Shown one piece after another: positions 27,960 to 43,170 of a DNA stretch of 64,000 nt (the first letter of the stretch is position 1; every line of letters starts with the position of its first letter). Under the pieces are notes generated by a model. It did not search any database. It saw only the letters and a list, made by a program, of their open reading frames with translations, and was not told the origin of the DNA. The stretch covers positions 36,890,001 to 36,954,000 of the forward strand of contig OX597834.1 of NCBI GenBank assembly GCA_951406725.2, written 5' to 3'. A program made the translations under genes and the position numbers. This DNA comes from Octopus vulgaris (taxonomy: Eukaryota).

Positions 27960-28400
27960 ATTAATATCTCAATATCTAAGCCAGAAAAATATTATTAAAG
28001 TGTTATGTGTAGTCCATTCACTTGTATGGAGCCAAACATGGACGTTAGCAAGATTATTATAAAATAGATTAGAAGCATTTGAGATGAGGCTACGCTATAT
28101 AAAAGACGTTGGTGAACATCATAGTAGCTACGACGAAGTGATACGTAAAACCAGCTAAAGACTAAGAAATTTTTATTAGCGAACATCAAAGAGAGGAGAC
28201 TTGAAATATTTTTGAGTATTTAATTAGAAAAAATGACTCACAGAGATTGTTAATGGAAAGCAAAGTGAATGGGAGTTGAGTATAAGGAAAAAAGCAAGAA
28301 TTATGTGGATAAGTAATATGGAGAATTGGACAGACTTGTTATGGAGCATAAGAATGACCGAGACGGTTATTCATGTTCTTTGACCTGCTGAGAGCAGACG
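27960..28400 (+). mobile_element. Decayed RTE-clade LINE fragment
   Basis: With frameshifts: KCYV*SIHLYGA.TWTL...NRLEAFEMR...NIKERR.KYF..LIRKNDSQRLLMESKVNG...RIMWISNMENWTDL, the typical RTE/BovB C-terminal RT pattern. Confidence 0.75.
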
Positions 28401-28446
28401 AAATCTAAAGTTGCTTATACGTACATCTGCACAAACATATACCACA

Positions 28447-28508
<62 letters not shown>

Positions 28509-28533
28509 CATATATACATACTAATATATATAC

Positions 28534-28580
<47 letters not shown>

Positions 28581-28591
28581 TATGTATATAT

Positions 28592-28645
<54 letters not shown>

Positions 28646-28859
28646 CATACATATATATTTATATATATTATATTATATTTATATTTATATATAAATGTTT
28701 TCGTATGGCGCAGTCATAGGGTTGTGTTTTTTACTGATTATTAAATTTAAGCAAAAGAGACGAGAAAGAAATTCAAAAACACCATCTCTGTGATATTATA
28801 GCTACTCAAATATTGACGTAAATAAAATACTAGTATTTAACAATAGATAAAAAGTCTTA

Positions 28860-29200
28860 GCAGAAGAGCACCCAAGGGTGATGGACTGGATGCGGCCCGC
28901 ACTGGGCTCCATCAAGTGTAAGAACTTAAAGTCTGAAACGCTTGACTTAGGCGGTCGTTGTGTTTCTCCTCCGAAAACCCACTGCTGTTCAGCTTTCTTG
29001 AAACTTTCTTGCCACTCCGATCTTCCGGCTAAACCCTCTCATTTTAAATCCCATCTCCTGCGAGTTCAATTGGCATCTCTTGCCGACTATGAAACCTTCA
29101 ATTACCTAAGGCATCTTCGGCTTAATGAGTTGCTAGTGGAGTAATTACTACTTCCGAGGTTCTGCTAGGTAGGAAACTGATTAGGGTCTGGCGTGGCCTG
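28860..29200 (-). mobile_element. Possible RTE-like LINE 3' fragment
   Basis: Minus strand *EGLAGRSEWQESFKKAEQQW, similar to the RTE WE.LA.DRS.WR motif; heavily decayed. Confidence 0.4.
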
Positions 29201-29479
29201 CGGAATATCGTTCTTTGTATATAACTATGCGAAATATTTACCTAGATTTTTACTTGCTTCTTTCCCTCGGCTCCCCTAATAACTCCATATATTTGATGGC
29301 TTTTCCGATATGTGGAACCTTCCACTGATAGCACATACATGTCCAAGTTGTTTGCAATATATATATATATATATGCATCGAAAGAGTTTGATTAAAATTC
29401 GTTGGTACTCTTGAGTTTCAAGCGCGATGCTAGTCGTTTGCCAAGAGTACCAACGAATTCGAATCATGTAACTCCCAAT

Positions 29480-29547
<68 letters not shown>

Positions 29548-29647
29548 ACACATGCATGCATATGCGAGTGACTGGACACTCACTCGTATATGTATGTGTA
29601 TGTGTGTGTGTAAAGATAGTTAAATATATATATATATATATATATAT

Positions 29648-29709
<62 letters not shown>

Positions 29710-29817
29710 TAGTTTAATGTTAAATAATAGGGCCGATTCATTTGACTGAAATCTTCCAGGTAGTGTACCATCTTTTCCGCAGTCTAATGACTGAAACAAG
29801 TAAGAGATTTTAAGAAT

Positions 29818-29868
<51 letters not shown>

Positions 29869-30111
29869 CACGAATGACAAAGGAAGTTATTGACGGCTGC
29901 TTAATAGTCGAATTATCTTTAAAATAATGCACCATTTATCGCGGTAACAGCATTAGTAAATACCAGTAAAACGTTTTAAAAGTAATCCGATTGAAAAATA
30001 GATGTCAGGTGTTCTTTATGAACAGATATAATATCTACTTTGTAATGACATATATGTGAGGTTCGATTTTACCTATTTGCCCGTCCGTCCGTCTGTACGT
30101 CTGTCCACGGG

Positions 30112-30185
<74 letters not shown>

Positions 30186-30206
30186 ATCTATCTATCTATC
30201 TATCTA

Positions 30207-30267
<61 letters not shown>

Positions 30268-30579
30268 ATATATGTATATATATATATATATATATATCTA
30301 TATCTACCTGTCTATCTATCAGTGTCTGTTTCACTCTCTCCCTCCCTCTCTTTTGCTGTCTGTCTGTATGTCTGTGTCTCTATCTCTGTCTCTCTCCTTC
30401 CCACACTCTCCTCGATCACTCTGTTGCTCACTCTCTCTCTGTTCTTCACTTTCACTCTCTGTTCCTCTCTCTCTCTCTCTCTCTCTCCTTCCCATCAATC
30501 CTCATATCTGTGTCATTGCCACATTATCTGTGTCATCACATGGAATATGTAGCACCCGTGATTTTTATCTTGTCTCCCC

Positions 30580-31280
30580 AACCACCACCACTACCACCCA
30601 CCCACCACTACACACCACCACCACCACCACCACCACTACCACCTTCACTACCACTACCACCATCACTACCACCCACTCATCACTACACACCACCATCACT
30701 ACTACCAATACCACCATCACTACCACTACCACCACCACCACCACCACCACCACCACCACCACCACCACCACCACCACCACCACCACCAGCACCACCACCG
30801 CCGCCACCACTAACACTACCATCACCACCTCCAACCACCATCTATCACCACCATAACCACTAAACACGAACATCACCACGAATATCCCACAAACACTAAC
30901 CAACATCACCATTATTACGCATCACCACCGCCACTGTCATCATCATCATCATCATCGTCACCACCACCACCACCACCACCGCCAACATCATCACAGTGAC
31001 CACTACAGCATTAAAAGCCATCACTGAGCGACTAACACCACCACCATCACCAACACCGCAACGACAACAATGACGACGACGACGATGACCACCACCACCA
31101 CAACCACTACCACCACCACCACCACCACCACTACCACCACCACCACCACCACCACCACCTACCACCACCACCACAACCAACACCACCGCCACCACCACCA
31201 CCACCATCACCACCACCACCACCACCACCACCACCACCACCACCACCACCACCACCACCACCACCACCACCACCACCACC
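30580..31280. repeat. (CCA/CAC)n-rich degenerate trinucleotide repeat
   Basis: Directly visible. Similar tracts at 45450-46100, 46380-46930, 59890-60400 and 60955-61550. Confidence 0.95.
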
Positions 31281-31669
31281 TCTATACATAGCGATCATAT
31301 TACTTGCTGACACAAATATCAGATCTTTATTTCCTTTTTGTTTTGCTTTGCAGAGACAAATATTTATATATTTTCTTGAATTTGCTGAGAGAAAAAAAAA
31401 ATAATAATAAAGTTTAAGAATTATATTCTTTAATGTGAAGACGCGTGGCTTCGTGGTTAGGGACTGAGGCACTCAAAATCGGTCGATCACGTCTGAACTT
31501 CCCAACAAAAGTCCATTTTTCTCTTTGTGTATGAGCACAAAATTTCATTGAGAATTTCAAACCTATTCTAAAAGGACAATAATGATTCTTTTATCGGTTT
31601 CAGCTTAAAGATGCGGCCATACTGGGGCACCACATGATAGTAAAAACGAATGATAGTAATAATAGTCAC

Positions 31670-31885
31670 AATCCTTCGAACTATAGACACAAAGCCTGAA
31701 ATTTTAGGAGAAGGGACTAGTCGATTACATCGACCCCAGTGTTTCACTGGTACTTTATTTATCAACCCCGAAAGGATGAAGGGCAAAGTCGACCTCGGTA
31801 GAATTTGAACTCAGAACGTAGCGACTGGCGAAATACCGCTAAACATTTACGTCTGGCGCGCTAACGATTCTACCAGCTCCCCGCC

Positions 31886-31954
<69 letters not shown>

Positions 31955-32350
31955 TCTATTACAGACACAAGGCCTGCAATTTTGTGGCGGCACTAATTCG
32001 ATTACATCGACCCCAGTGCTCAACTAGTACTTATTTTATCGACCCTCAAAGGATGAAAGGTAAAGCAGACGTCGGTGGAATTTGAACTCAGATCGTAAAG
32101 TCGGACGAAATACCTATTTCTTTACTACCCACAAGGGGCTAAACAGAGAAGGGACAAACAAGGACAGACAAACGGATTAAGTCGATTATATCGATCCCAG
32201 TGCGTAACTGGTACTTATTTAATCGACCCCGAAAGGATGAAAGGCAAAGTCGACCTCGGCGGAATTTGAACTCAGAACGTAGTGGCAGACGAAATACCGC
32301 TAAGCATTTTTTTTCCGACGCCCTTGCGAATCTGCCAACAAGACGCCTTA
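31670..32350 (-). mobile_element. Cluster of Meta-domain-like SINE units, reverse orientation
   Basis: Reverse complement of the 2729 family (aaggcaaagtcgacctcggcggaatttgaactcagaacg) at ~31790, 32070 and 32250. Confidence 0.85.
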
Positions 32351-32862
32351 AAACATATATCAGACTTATTTTAAAGATTCTAGTAATGTATTTGTCAATT
32401 TATTATTACCTTTATTTCTACTTCATCTACCTGACACTAAGTATTAGTTTCAAATAATTTTCACCTGTATTTATGAGATTTCGTGTTTGTCTCATTTTGC
32501 AGTTTTTAATAAATTTCATGTAGTTAAGAGTCCTAAATTATTTCGCACGAGAAAACCCAGCCATATCGAAAGAAGATGTCTACGAAAATTAGGGGTTTAG
32601 ATAAATGCCATAAAAAAAAGATAATTAAATTAAATATTAAGTAGAAGTTATACGGTGAATTTCATTAACTCGAGAATAAAATTCTTACACAGCGTCTCTC
32701 CATTACAAAGAAACAAAACGACAAATTAGATAAGGTATATGCATGCATACATACTTACACATACATACACACATACTTATATACATGCATGCACACATAC
32801 ATACAAATAGTTTCATTCATATATATACATATAAATATATATATATATATACATATAAATAT

Positions 32863-33083
32863 ATATTTTAAAATAGTATACATTTAAACACAAAACAAAA
32901 CTACCCTTTAACAGGTAATTTTTACATGCTAGAAATAGCAGCCAACACGGGCAAAACCACGATTTAATAGCAATTGGTATTAAATCGTGGTTTTGGCCGT
33001 GTTGGCTGCTATTTCTAGCATGTAAAAGTACCTGTTAAAGGGTAGTTTTGTTTTGTGTTTATTTGTACACTATTTTAAAATAT
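32863..33083. repeat. Near-perfect ~220-bp palindrome without spacer (fold-back element)
   Basis: Centre caattg at 32971-32976; ~110-bp arms are reverse complements with few mismatches. Confidence 0.9.
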
Positions 33084-33379
33084 GAATATGTTGTCTATTG
33101 ACTATTTATACATGCTAGGCCATTGATGCTGATATTTATAACGAATATTCGCTACCCTATATATGTATCTTATGAATATATATATATATATATATATCGG
33201 AGAAATGTTCGCCTGCTCACGTCAGTTGAAGGCTAAAACAATTCAAAACACAATGTGACCAGCGATGTGTAACAACATCTGATAGTCTGGTCGGCCACGT
33301 GATATATAGATATGTATACAGACATACACACAAACACACAAACACACACGTCTGGTCGCGGAAGAGGTCCTTATTTTGA

Positions 33380-33555
33380 GTAAAAGTAAATGCAGGAAGA
33401 TCAATTGTGATTTTTTAATCATACTCTCCTCTCAGATTCATACACTTATTGAAGCGGCCCTTCAGTTTTTCTAAGACCAGTAACGGAACTCGGAAGATTG
33501 GCTCTCTAACAAGGCTTTTCACAATAACCTTAGTGTCAGGAACTTTTCAGCAGAA
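33380..33555 (-). mobile_element. Mariner remnant (transposase extreme C-terminus)
   Basis: Minus strand KLKGRFNKCMNLRGEYD*, matching the mariner ending L..RW.KCI...G.Y. Confidence 0.55.
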
Positions 33556-33939
33556 GTACATATCTATATATGTATATACAAAAAATAAGCAGAAATATAG
33601 ATAGATAGATAGATAGATAGATAGAAGTTCGTCAGTGTATAAGCATGAACATGTCTGCGCGTGTTTGTACATATATGTATGTATGTATATATGTATGTAT
33701 ATGTGTGTATGTCTTGGTGGGTTGGGTACAATTTTCTGAGGAGTATAGCTTAAGATACTTCCAATTCTGCGCCAACACCACAGCTATTATAGAGCATTTT
33801 CATAAATATTTACAGTAGAACTCGCTAAATTAAGTCTGTGACAGCAGGAGTCAGTGATATATCTAGTGCAGTCTAGACATTGTTGAAATCGTTCAGACAT
33901 TTATATATATATATATATATATATACATCTATCTATCTA

Positions 33940-33976
<37 letters not shown>

Positions 33977-34222
33977 ATATATATATGTGTGTGTGTGTAT
34001 GTGTGTATATATATAAGTGTATATACATACACACGTATATATACATGTATATGCATGCATGAGTTTTTGTGCGTGCGTGTGTGTATATATATAGGTATAC
34101 ATACACACACATATATACATATATATGTATATACATGTGCATAGGCATATATCCATGTCTATTCGTCTATTATGCATCATTATCTATATTTACCTATAAT
34201 ATATATGTACATATAGATATAC

Positions 34223-34263
<41 letters not shown>

Positions 34264-34332
34264 CATATACATATATGTATGTATGTATGCCCATACATAT
34301 ATATATATCTGTATATAACTATATATATACAA

Positions 34333-34387
<55 letters not shown>

Positions 34388-34394
34388 TATATAT

Positions 34395-34457
<63 letters not shown>

Positions 34458-34490
34458 CTGTGTGTTTGTGTGTGTGTGCGTGTGTGTGTG

Positions 34491-34526
<36 letters not shown>

Positions 34527-34895
34527 TGTAAGCATAGCTGGAAACGATACAAAATAAAAATGTAATAATAAATTAATCAAGAAGTAAAGAAACGAAAATA
34601 GGAAAAAAGAATGAAAAACATCTCAAAGAATTGAACACCATGAAATATGACAATTTTCTTAGAATATGATGTATTGAGCGGTTCACTCAATAAATTCCTA
34701 ATTTCTGAAATTTTTGTCTCGAAACAGCACTAAGAGACAAATTTCTAACGACAAATGTTTTGTAATTTTCGAATATAAGAAAGAACACCATAACAAAATT
34801 TCGAATTTATTTCTCAAATGTTTATACAAGGTGAGCAAAAAAATGACAGTCTGTGTTTTGTTTCTAGCTGGAAGACAAATATTGACGTCTGTCTG

Positions 34896-34994
<99 letters not shown>

Positions 34995-35152
34995 GTCTGT
35001 CTGTTTGTCTGTCTGTCTCTGTCTCTCTCTCTCTCTCTCTATCTATCTGTATGTATGCATGTACGTATGTATGTACGTATATATATATATATATATATAT
35101 ACACATTACATATATATATATATATGTGTGTGTATGTATGTATGTATGTATG

Positions 35153-35184
<32 letters not shown>

Positions 35185-35213
35185 AGTACATCTGTCTATC
35201 GTCTCTCCCTATG

Positions 35214-35259
<46 letters not shown>

Positions 35260-35678
35260 TGTATATTTATCTATTTTTCTCTCTGTCGCTCTCTCTACTT
35301 AATAGCGTGTTTGTCTGTCTGTGTGCACTTACATAAAGACGGTGTGTAGAAATCTTTTTAAATATTACATTTAACATAGAGCATGGAATATTTCTTTTTC
35401 TTCTATTATAAAAAAAAACGAAAGTAATTTGCTTACCTACATTTCTTGAACTACGACCATTATTACACTATTTTAAGGTTACACATTGTAATACAATAGC
35501 ATAATAGCTCAATTATGTTGTATTTTGTCTCAAGTCTCGTATATCCATTCATGCTTTTATCCTCTGATTTGAAGCATCTTTAACTGTTAATGTCACACGC
35601 ATACAGGCGCCATGCATCGACCATTTTTTCTTTCTTTCAGATATACAAACATACTTAGATATTCTGAATATATGTATG

Positions 35679-35709
<31 letters not shown>

Positions 35710-35770
35710 ATACACATACAAACACACATACACACACACACACGTATTCATGTTCTTATGCGTGTGAGTG

Positions 35771-35807
<37 letters not shown>

Positions 35808-35809
<2 letters not shown>

Positions 35810-36200
35810 TTTATTAAAACGGAGGCAAGATAACACAATAATAAGACTTCTAAATAAAACTGTCCGACGAACGCGACCGTGAAACTCTGAGTAACAGTTT
35901 TTGTGATGCCTTTGTAGCTTTTTTAATAAAGCATATCACTCTAACTCCGGTATTCGAGTAATATTATTCCACCTTGTTTCACCTTGTTTCACCTTGTTTC
36001 GCCGTCTAAATTTTCCCCGTGCGAAGTATTCATAGCTTGTCTCTGATGACTGAATACCTCGGGCACTGACATGCTAACCAACCATTTGGGTTATCCCAGA
36101 AACAGCTGTAAGATTTCACATTCACCTTACCCTAATTGGATTATTCTGAATGACTTGTAATACTCGTTCCACCTGGTTTACATTTTCCATCTAATATGAT
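35808..36200 (+). mobile_element. Penelope pLTR-like sequence with two hammerhead motifs
   Basis: aaaactgt-CCGACGA-acg.cgac.cgt-GAAACTCTGAGTA-acagtttt (35856-35901) and gtct-CTGATGA...GAAACAGCTGTA-agat (36039-36114). Follows a (TA)n tract. Confidence 0.65.
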
Positions 36201-36218
36201 ATAACACACACACACACA

Positions 36219-36278
<60 letters not shown>

Positions 36279-37484
36279 CATGTATACATATATATATATA
36301 CATATGTGTGTGTATGTATGTATATATGTATGTATATGCAAAGATATAAAGCTAAATGAAAAGTAATCTCCGTTATAATATGCAACTCATAATGTTGGTT
36401 TGTAGGGCGTAATACTTTGGTATAATTCTTGCTGAATTTAGTACGGAGGCAAGAATATAATACTTATGAGAGAATCAAAAATAACAAGCCTTGCTTCGAT
36501 CTACGTTAGGTGTGATAGTGTAAAACGAAATTAAACTATCTAACCACCCTAGGGCTATTGTGAGGAAGCTGATTAAACCTTTATCATTTAGAGAATCTGA
36601 CATGAGTCTAAATAGACAGGTGAGATATATTGCTTTAATATAATTATTAGATAAGTTCCAAATATTCATCTGCTTATTCTTAGAACCATCAGGAAAGTGG
36701 TTTTCAGTTAATTAGTACAGCGGTATCGATAACTAGATGACAGGGACAACAAAAGCGATACATGAAGGACAAATCGAAGACAATATGCAGGCTAAGATTT
36801 GTAAACATGCTAATTACTACTTTTAATTATTGCCTAAATATTGGAATTCGTCGATAACCATTATTTTACCCTTGATGGTTAGCTATAATAGGAGAGACAA
36901 TCTTTTCTATATTATTTTAAGTTGAGGCAGATTTGGAAATTTGGAATTTACATCAAAGAGTAAAGCAGGTGAACAGAACATACACATTTAGTATTCCTTT
37001 TTAATACCTTATAAATTTCTTAGATTTTCTAGTCGTAGGTAAGACATGCATAGCGCTATTTCCCCTATCTTTGAAATCGTCAACCCGGCATAACTTGCAA
37101 CAAATAAATTAAGCTAAATTCAACAGTTTTCCGAAGTTAGACATTTCTTATTGAGACAGAATAGTTTATAGTTCTAAAGGTATTGTTTTCATTTTTTTTT
37201 TGTTACTCCATTATTCTTTTATTTTTTACTTGCTCCTGTCAATGTTGAGACCCCCCCTCCACGCCTCCTTGAAACGGTGTAGTCTATCAAATTGTTCCCA
37301 GTGCTTTATTTAAGTCTGTTATATTCTCTCGGTTTATTTTTAAAATTTATTATATGACATTATTTGCGCGCGTGTATGTGTTTTGCGTGTGTGTATGTGT
37401 GTGTATGTGTGTGTGTGTATACACAAAAAGTTTTGTGCGTATATCAACATATACATATATAAAATATACAATTCAGTCTTTATG

Positions 37485-37527
<43 letters not shown>

Positions 37528-37738
37528 CTATCACTCTTTATATATGTATATATATACATATTTGTGTATATATGTATATTGATTTGTTTTGTTTAGTAGC
37601 AGTACCACTGTTTGTAGAGTAGATAAACCCGGTATTTAGACAGGCATTGTCTAAATTGTATTTATTTGGTCGATACCCGGGAGATGAAAGCAAAGTATAT
37701 ATGTTCACTTAAATATTTAATAAATCATACTTTAAAGA

Positions 37739-37854
<116 letters not shown>

Positions 37855-39144
37855 GTATATATATATATAATGTATATATATGTATAATGCATATATATAT
37901 ATATATATATATATACATACATACATACTTACATACACACACACACACATATATATATGAGAGTGTAATTTTGTGTGTATGTGTATGTGTGCGTGTATAA
38001 ATTGATGCATATATATACACACATGTATGTGTATGTATCCATATATACACATACACATCTTGCAGAAAGTATGTAAAACATCAAAGCAATTCAATCATTT
38101 TGACTAGCATTGATATATTAATTTAAAACAAAAGGTTACATTCCATATACACAAAAATGAAACAAACGAACTGCACAGCCTCTGTTGAACACTTGAGATA
38201 AAAGGGGAAAAGCGATTCCCTGAAGAACTGCCGAAGTTATCTGTTGAAGAAGCTTTCTAACTTTTCAGAATTCCATTCTCAGGCGTGATATCCTCATCCA
38301 TATTTTGTGAAGGAGTACGACCGTCCGGAGATGGAAGATACCGGAAATTTTAACAGTGACCCATGCTTCAAGATATCTTCCTGTTAATGGCTAGTGTTTA
38401 TTCAGCTTGTATTCGTATTGTGTTTTGAGGACGGTGGCTTTTAACGTTTTTGACCAAAGCAACAAGGTTGGCCGTGGAGAAGGTATCAAAATACGTGGCG
38501 TCCTAGACAAAGGCATTTGAAACCCTCCACGAACAGAGAAATATATTCTTCTCCCTCCGCCAGATGCCTACCCTAATGGGAGTTGTGGTTAGCAGGCTAT
38601 TGTTGGGACGGCAAACTGACAGCAATGAATAGCGCTTTTTAATAACAGTTATGCAGTACAATGTGACGCAGGAAATACACTGCAACGACTCCCTTGTTTT
38701 AACGATAAGGGAGTGATTGTAGTCTGAAATCCTAGACAATAGCACCATAATGGTATTTATGTGACTCATTCACCAAAAAACCTGACACACCGAGAAACAC
38801 TGACGCGTGTGCGCTCATAATCATTGAAGGGTGCCGCTTCACGGAGATACTACTACATTAAACAAAGGTTCTTGTTTCTACGAGAGGTTGTTCGAAGTCA
38901 TGTGGGACGGTATTAGTTGAGGGATATATACATCATCAAACTGGAGGAACTACGTTTGGTGTAGCCCTGATTTAGTTCGGTTTACTGTTCTCCTGGTCAC
39001 ATAATGTCTTAAAATGATACCTTTATGAAACCAGACGAGTGCACAGCTTGAGACGACGTAGAAAAGATGAGCCTATATAGCCATACTTAATATTGTATGG
39101 AAGCCCAGACTTCGCTTGCTGCTAACCACAACCATTGACAATGT

Positions 39145-39188
<44 letters not shown>

Positions 39189-39600
39189 TCAGCACACAAA
39201 CGAATGATGACACCAAGGGTTTATAGATGTCCTGATTAGATAGAGTTTGGTGCGCTGCGAAGTGAAAAGCTTTTATGTAAATAAGCATCATCAGCGGGTT
39301 TTTATCGTAACATATATGGAAGTGATAACTACAGTATGAGTATTTGCGGTGAACACAATTCCATGTCTATTTCTACACACACACACACACTGACATACTC
39401 ACACACATATTGTATGTTTATATATATGTGCGTGTGTGCATGCGAATGTATATATGTATGTATATTTATATATACATACACACACATATTAAGAAACATG
39501 TATACATACGTTATTAATATATGCATGCCACTATGTATGTACATGTATATATATACATATATATACAGACACATACATACATACATACATATATATATGT

Positions 39601-39695
<95 letters not shown>

Positions 39696-39857
39696 TATAT
39701 ATATACAGATACACACATATATGCATGTATATACAACTTAACATCATTTTAATCATTAGATTGAAAACACGAAGAAACTAGGCCAAAGCAGTGAGTAATC
39801 AACATTTTCAGCACTAATGTTCATGCATATACACACATACATATATATATATACACT

Positions 39858-39897
<40 letters not shown>

Positions 39898-39962
39898 TTA
39901 TATATATATGTATGAGACATATATATATATATATGTATATAAATATATATATATATATATAA

Positions 39963-39995
<33 letters not shown>

Positions 39996-40373
39996 CACTA
40001 ACATATGAATACATACATACCTACATACATACATACATACATACATACATACATACATACATACATACATACATACATACATACATACTGATATAGCTGT
40101 GTTACATGTGCAAGTCAATATAATAACAAAGCACATAGGTGGCATGAGAGAAAATTGAAAAGAAAAAAAAAAACGAGACGAACGCGAGTCCATGAGAGTA
40201 TCAAGTTAGTGACACGATAATCCTATACCAAGGAATAGTGATGATAGTAAGATTTTTTTGTGTGTTTGCTTGTATTTTTGTTGTTGTTTTTTTCCGTGTG
40301 TTTTCGATTTTCAGCATGCAAATCGAAAAACCTGAAGTGACTTTATATTATGCACTTTAACCACGCACACAAA

Positions 40374-40432
<59 letters not shown>

Positions 40433-40522
40433 AGATTCGTACTTACGAATATGCACATACAGTCACGCATTCATAGATACTCATACGTGAACATACAAAC
40501 GAACATACATACACACACATGT

Positions 40523-40564
<42 letters not shown>

Positions 40565-41272
40565 GCATATCTTTGTTATAAATTCATAAGTGTGTGCGTA
40601 TATCGGTATGTTCGTATGGATGATGTGTGTGTGTGTGTGTGTGTGTGCGTGTGTGTGTATATATATATATACATACAATTATTTATATATATACATGTTC
40701 TTACTTGCAGTCGAAGGACTGCGGCCATGCTGGAGCACCACCGTTTTCTTTGCTACACTTTCGCTACACCTCCTCTGATTTGCAACATTTGGTGGCTGAA
40801 GGAGTTTGACATTGTTGCCCTCATCTGTGTTTCTCGCCTTGGAAATGAAACACGTTAAACGGAAACGCATTTTACATCTAAGTATACTTGATTCTGTTTC
40901 AATGTCAGAACACCGGTTTCTATCAAGTGTCGATGCTAGAAAAAGCATCCACCATGTTTACACAGAAAAAAAAATTTGATATTGTAACAATAAACTAATA
41001 GAAAATTTCTTTTTAGCTTTTTATTCTCACAGCAGTTGAATATTAAAATTCACATTTTTTGAAAACATTTTCATAACTATTATTTGAATACCGTGACTAC
41101 ACATTAAATTCATGATAAATTAGAGTATTTTTTAATTTTTATTTATTTATTCATATTTTTTTTTTACAGTTCCGTCCATGAAATATTAAGATCACAGGGA
41201 GAATGTCTACCCTAAGATGCAACCCTTGTTGGGGAGGGAAGGAAATACACGAATCAATTAAGTTGTCATTTG

Positions 41273-41427
<155 letters not shown>

Positions 41428-41460
41428 GTCTGTCTATCTGTCTGTCTGACTGCCTGCCTC

Positions 41461-41499
<39 letters not shown>

Positions 41500-41546
41500 G
41501 TCTCTCTCTGTCTCTCTCTGTCTCTCTCTGTCTCTGTCTCTCTCTG

Positions 41547-41604
<58 letters not shown>

Positions 41605-41781
41605 CAGAGAGACAGAGAGAGAAAAACTGAAAGAAGTATATGGATGTTTTGCGTAACAATGATAAACATTTACATTAAATTGAAGGCTTACTGAAAACAT
41701 TTGACAGAATACCGATTTATTATTGGTTAACGAGAATAATATTGACAGGGAATTCGAAATTTAGGCCAACTACGTCACCAT

Positions 41782-41850
<69 letters not shown>

Positions 41851-42060
41851 ATTTATCTTCACATCAATCGTAAGATGAATGAATTGCTTATAACGGCTTA
41901 GACTGCGGTAAATGTCCTCGTGAAGACAACAAATAAAATCGCTTGAGGCTAATATCGCCGGCGGATAGCACTGTTGTGTCACGTGGTTTCACGATATTCC
42001 GGACCATCAGTAACAATCAGTAAATCTATGTGTACGAATATAATATGTGTGTATATGTGT

Positions 42061-42116
<56 letters not shown>

Positions 42117-42753
42117 TCTGTGTGAGTATGAGAGAGGGTAGAGAATCAGAAATGAATAAAAAGAAAGGAAAAAAAGCAGTAGAAAGACCAAAGAAGGAAC
42201 GAAAGCGTTACAAAAGAATTTACATAAAATCCAGTGAAAGAAGGAACGAGAGAAAGAAAGACAAAAGAAGTGAGAGAAATGAAAGAAAGAGAGAAAGCGA
42301 GGAAGAAGAAATAGGATAAGTGAAACACCGTGAAGTGAGAAGGAAGGACAGAAAGAAAGAAAGAAAGAAGGAAAGAGAGACAGAGAAAGGGTATGGGTAA
42401 GGGGCAGACATTAAAACAGCTCGTCGCTGTTAATGGATTTGGTAAAGCTAAAATGACTGGCTCTCGTTGAAAGATATAAACATTTTGAGGCGTGGCACAG
42501 GCGGTATTACAATATATTTTCTCTTCAAAACGCGTTATTTTAACTAATGTCGCAAGACATTAGTGGAAATGGCAGTGAGAAAGAGAGAGAGAGAGAGAGG
42601 GGAGAAATGAGAGAAGGAGAAAGAGAGAAACAGAAAGAGGGAGAGCGGGAAAGAGATATGGTTCTTATATCTTGTGGGAAATAGAAAAAATTATATACAT
42701 ACATACATATGACTTGCATAAATTAACTTACAATCGTGCATAAGCATGAGATA

Positions 42754-43170
42754 TACGAGGTACGTTCAAAACATATCCGACTTTACATTTTCCCGCCAAA
42801 ACTAGTGCCACGTGGGGAAAATTCTTTGGGTGGAAGGTGACGCCACCCTTCCAGCTCATACACGAAAAGTTTCGGGTCGGTGGGCCGAGTCAGGTCCCAT
42901 CCGTTACGCCTAGAGTACAGACGTGTATTTGCAAAGTTTTTACCAAACATATCGAGTAGAGGGCGTTACCTCAAGTTTTGCCAAAAGCTTGGAGATACTC
43001 AACCTCACTCCCCACCTACCTGAAGAAGCGGCAGGCCTTTGGCAACGATGTTATGGTAGAAACTCAGATCAAGGAATTGTGAAACCGCTTTAAACATGGG
43101 TAGACTTCAGTGGAGAACCGAAGCAAGCTGCCGATTGAGAAGGTCCGGCGAAACAGTCATCGAAGCCTGA
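42754..43170 (+). mobile_element. Mariner transposon 5' remnant
   Basis: TIR TA|CGAGGTACGTTCAAAA, then LKFCQKLGDTQ...QAFGNDVMVETQIKEL*NRFKHG*TSVEN (mariner HTH). Confidence 0.8.

Noticed and set aside
41975-42015. Minus-strand hammerhead-like CTGATGG...GAAAC
   Set aside because: Core, stem III and cleavage triplet are all degenerate; too weak to call.
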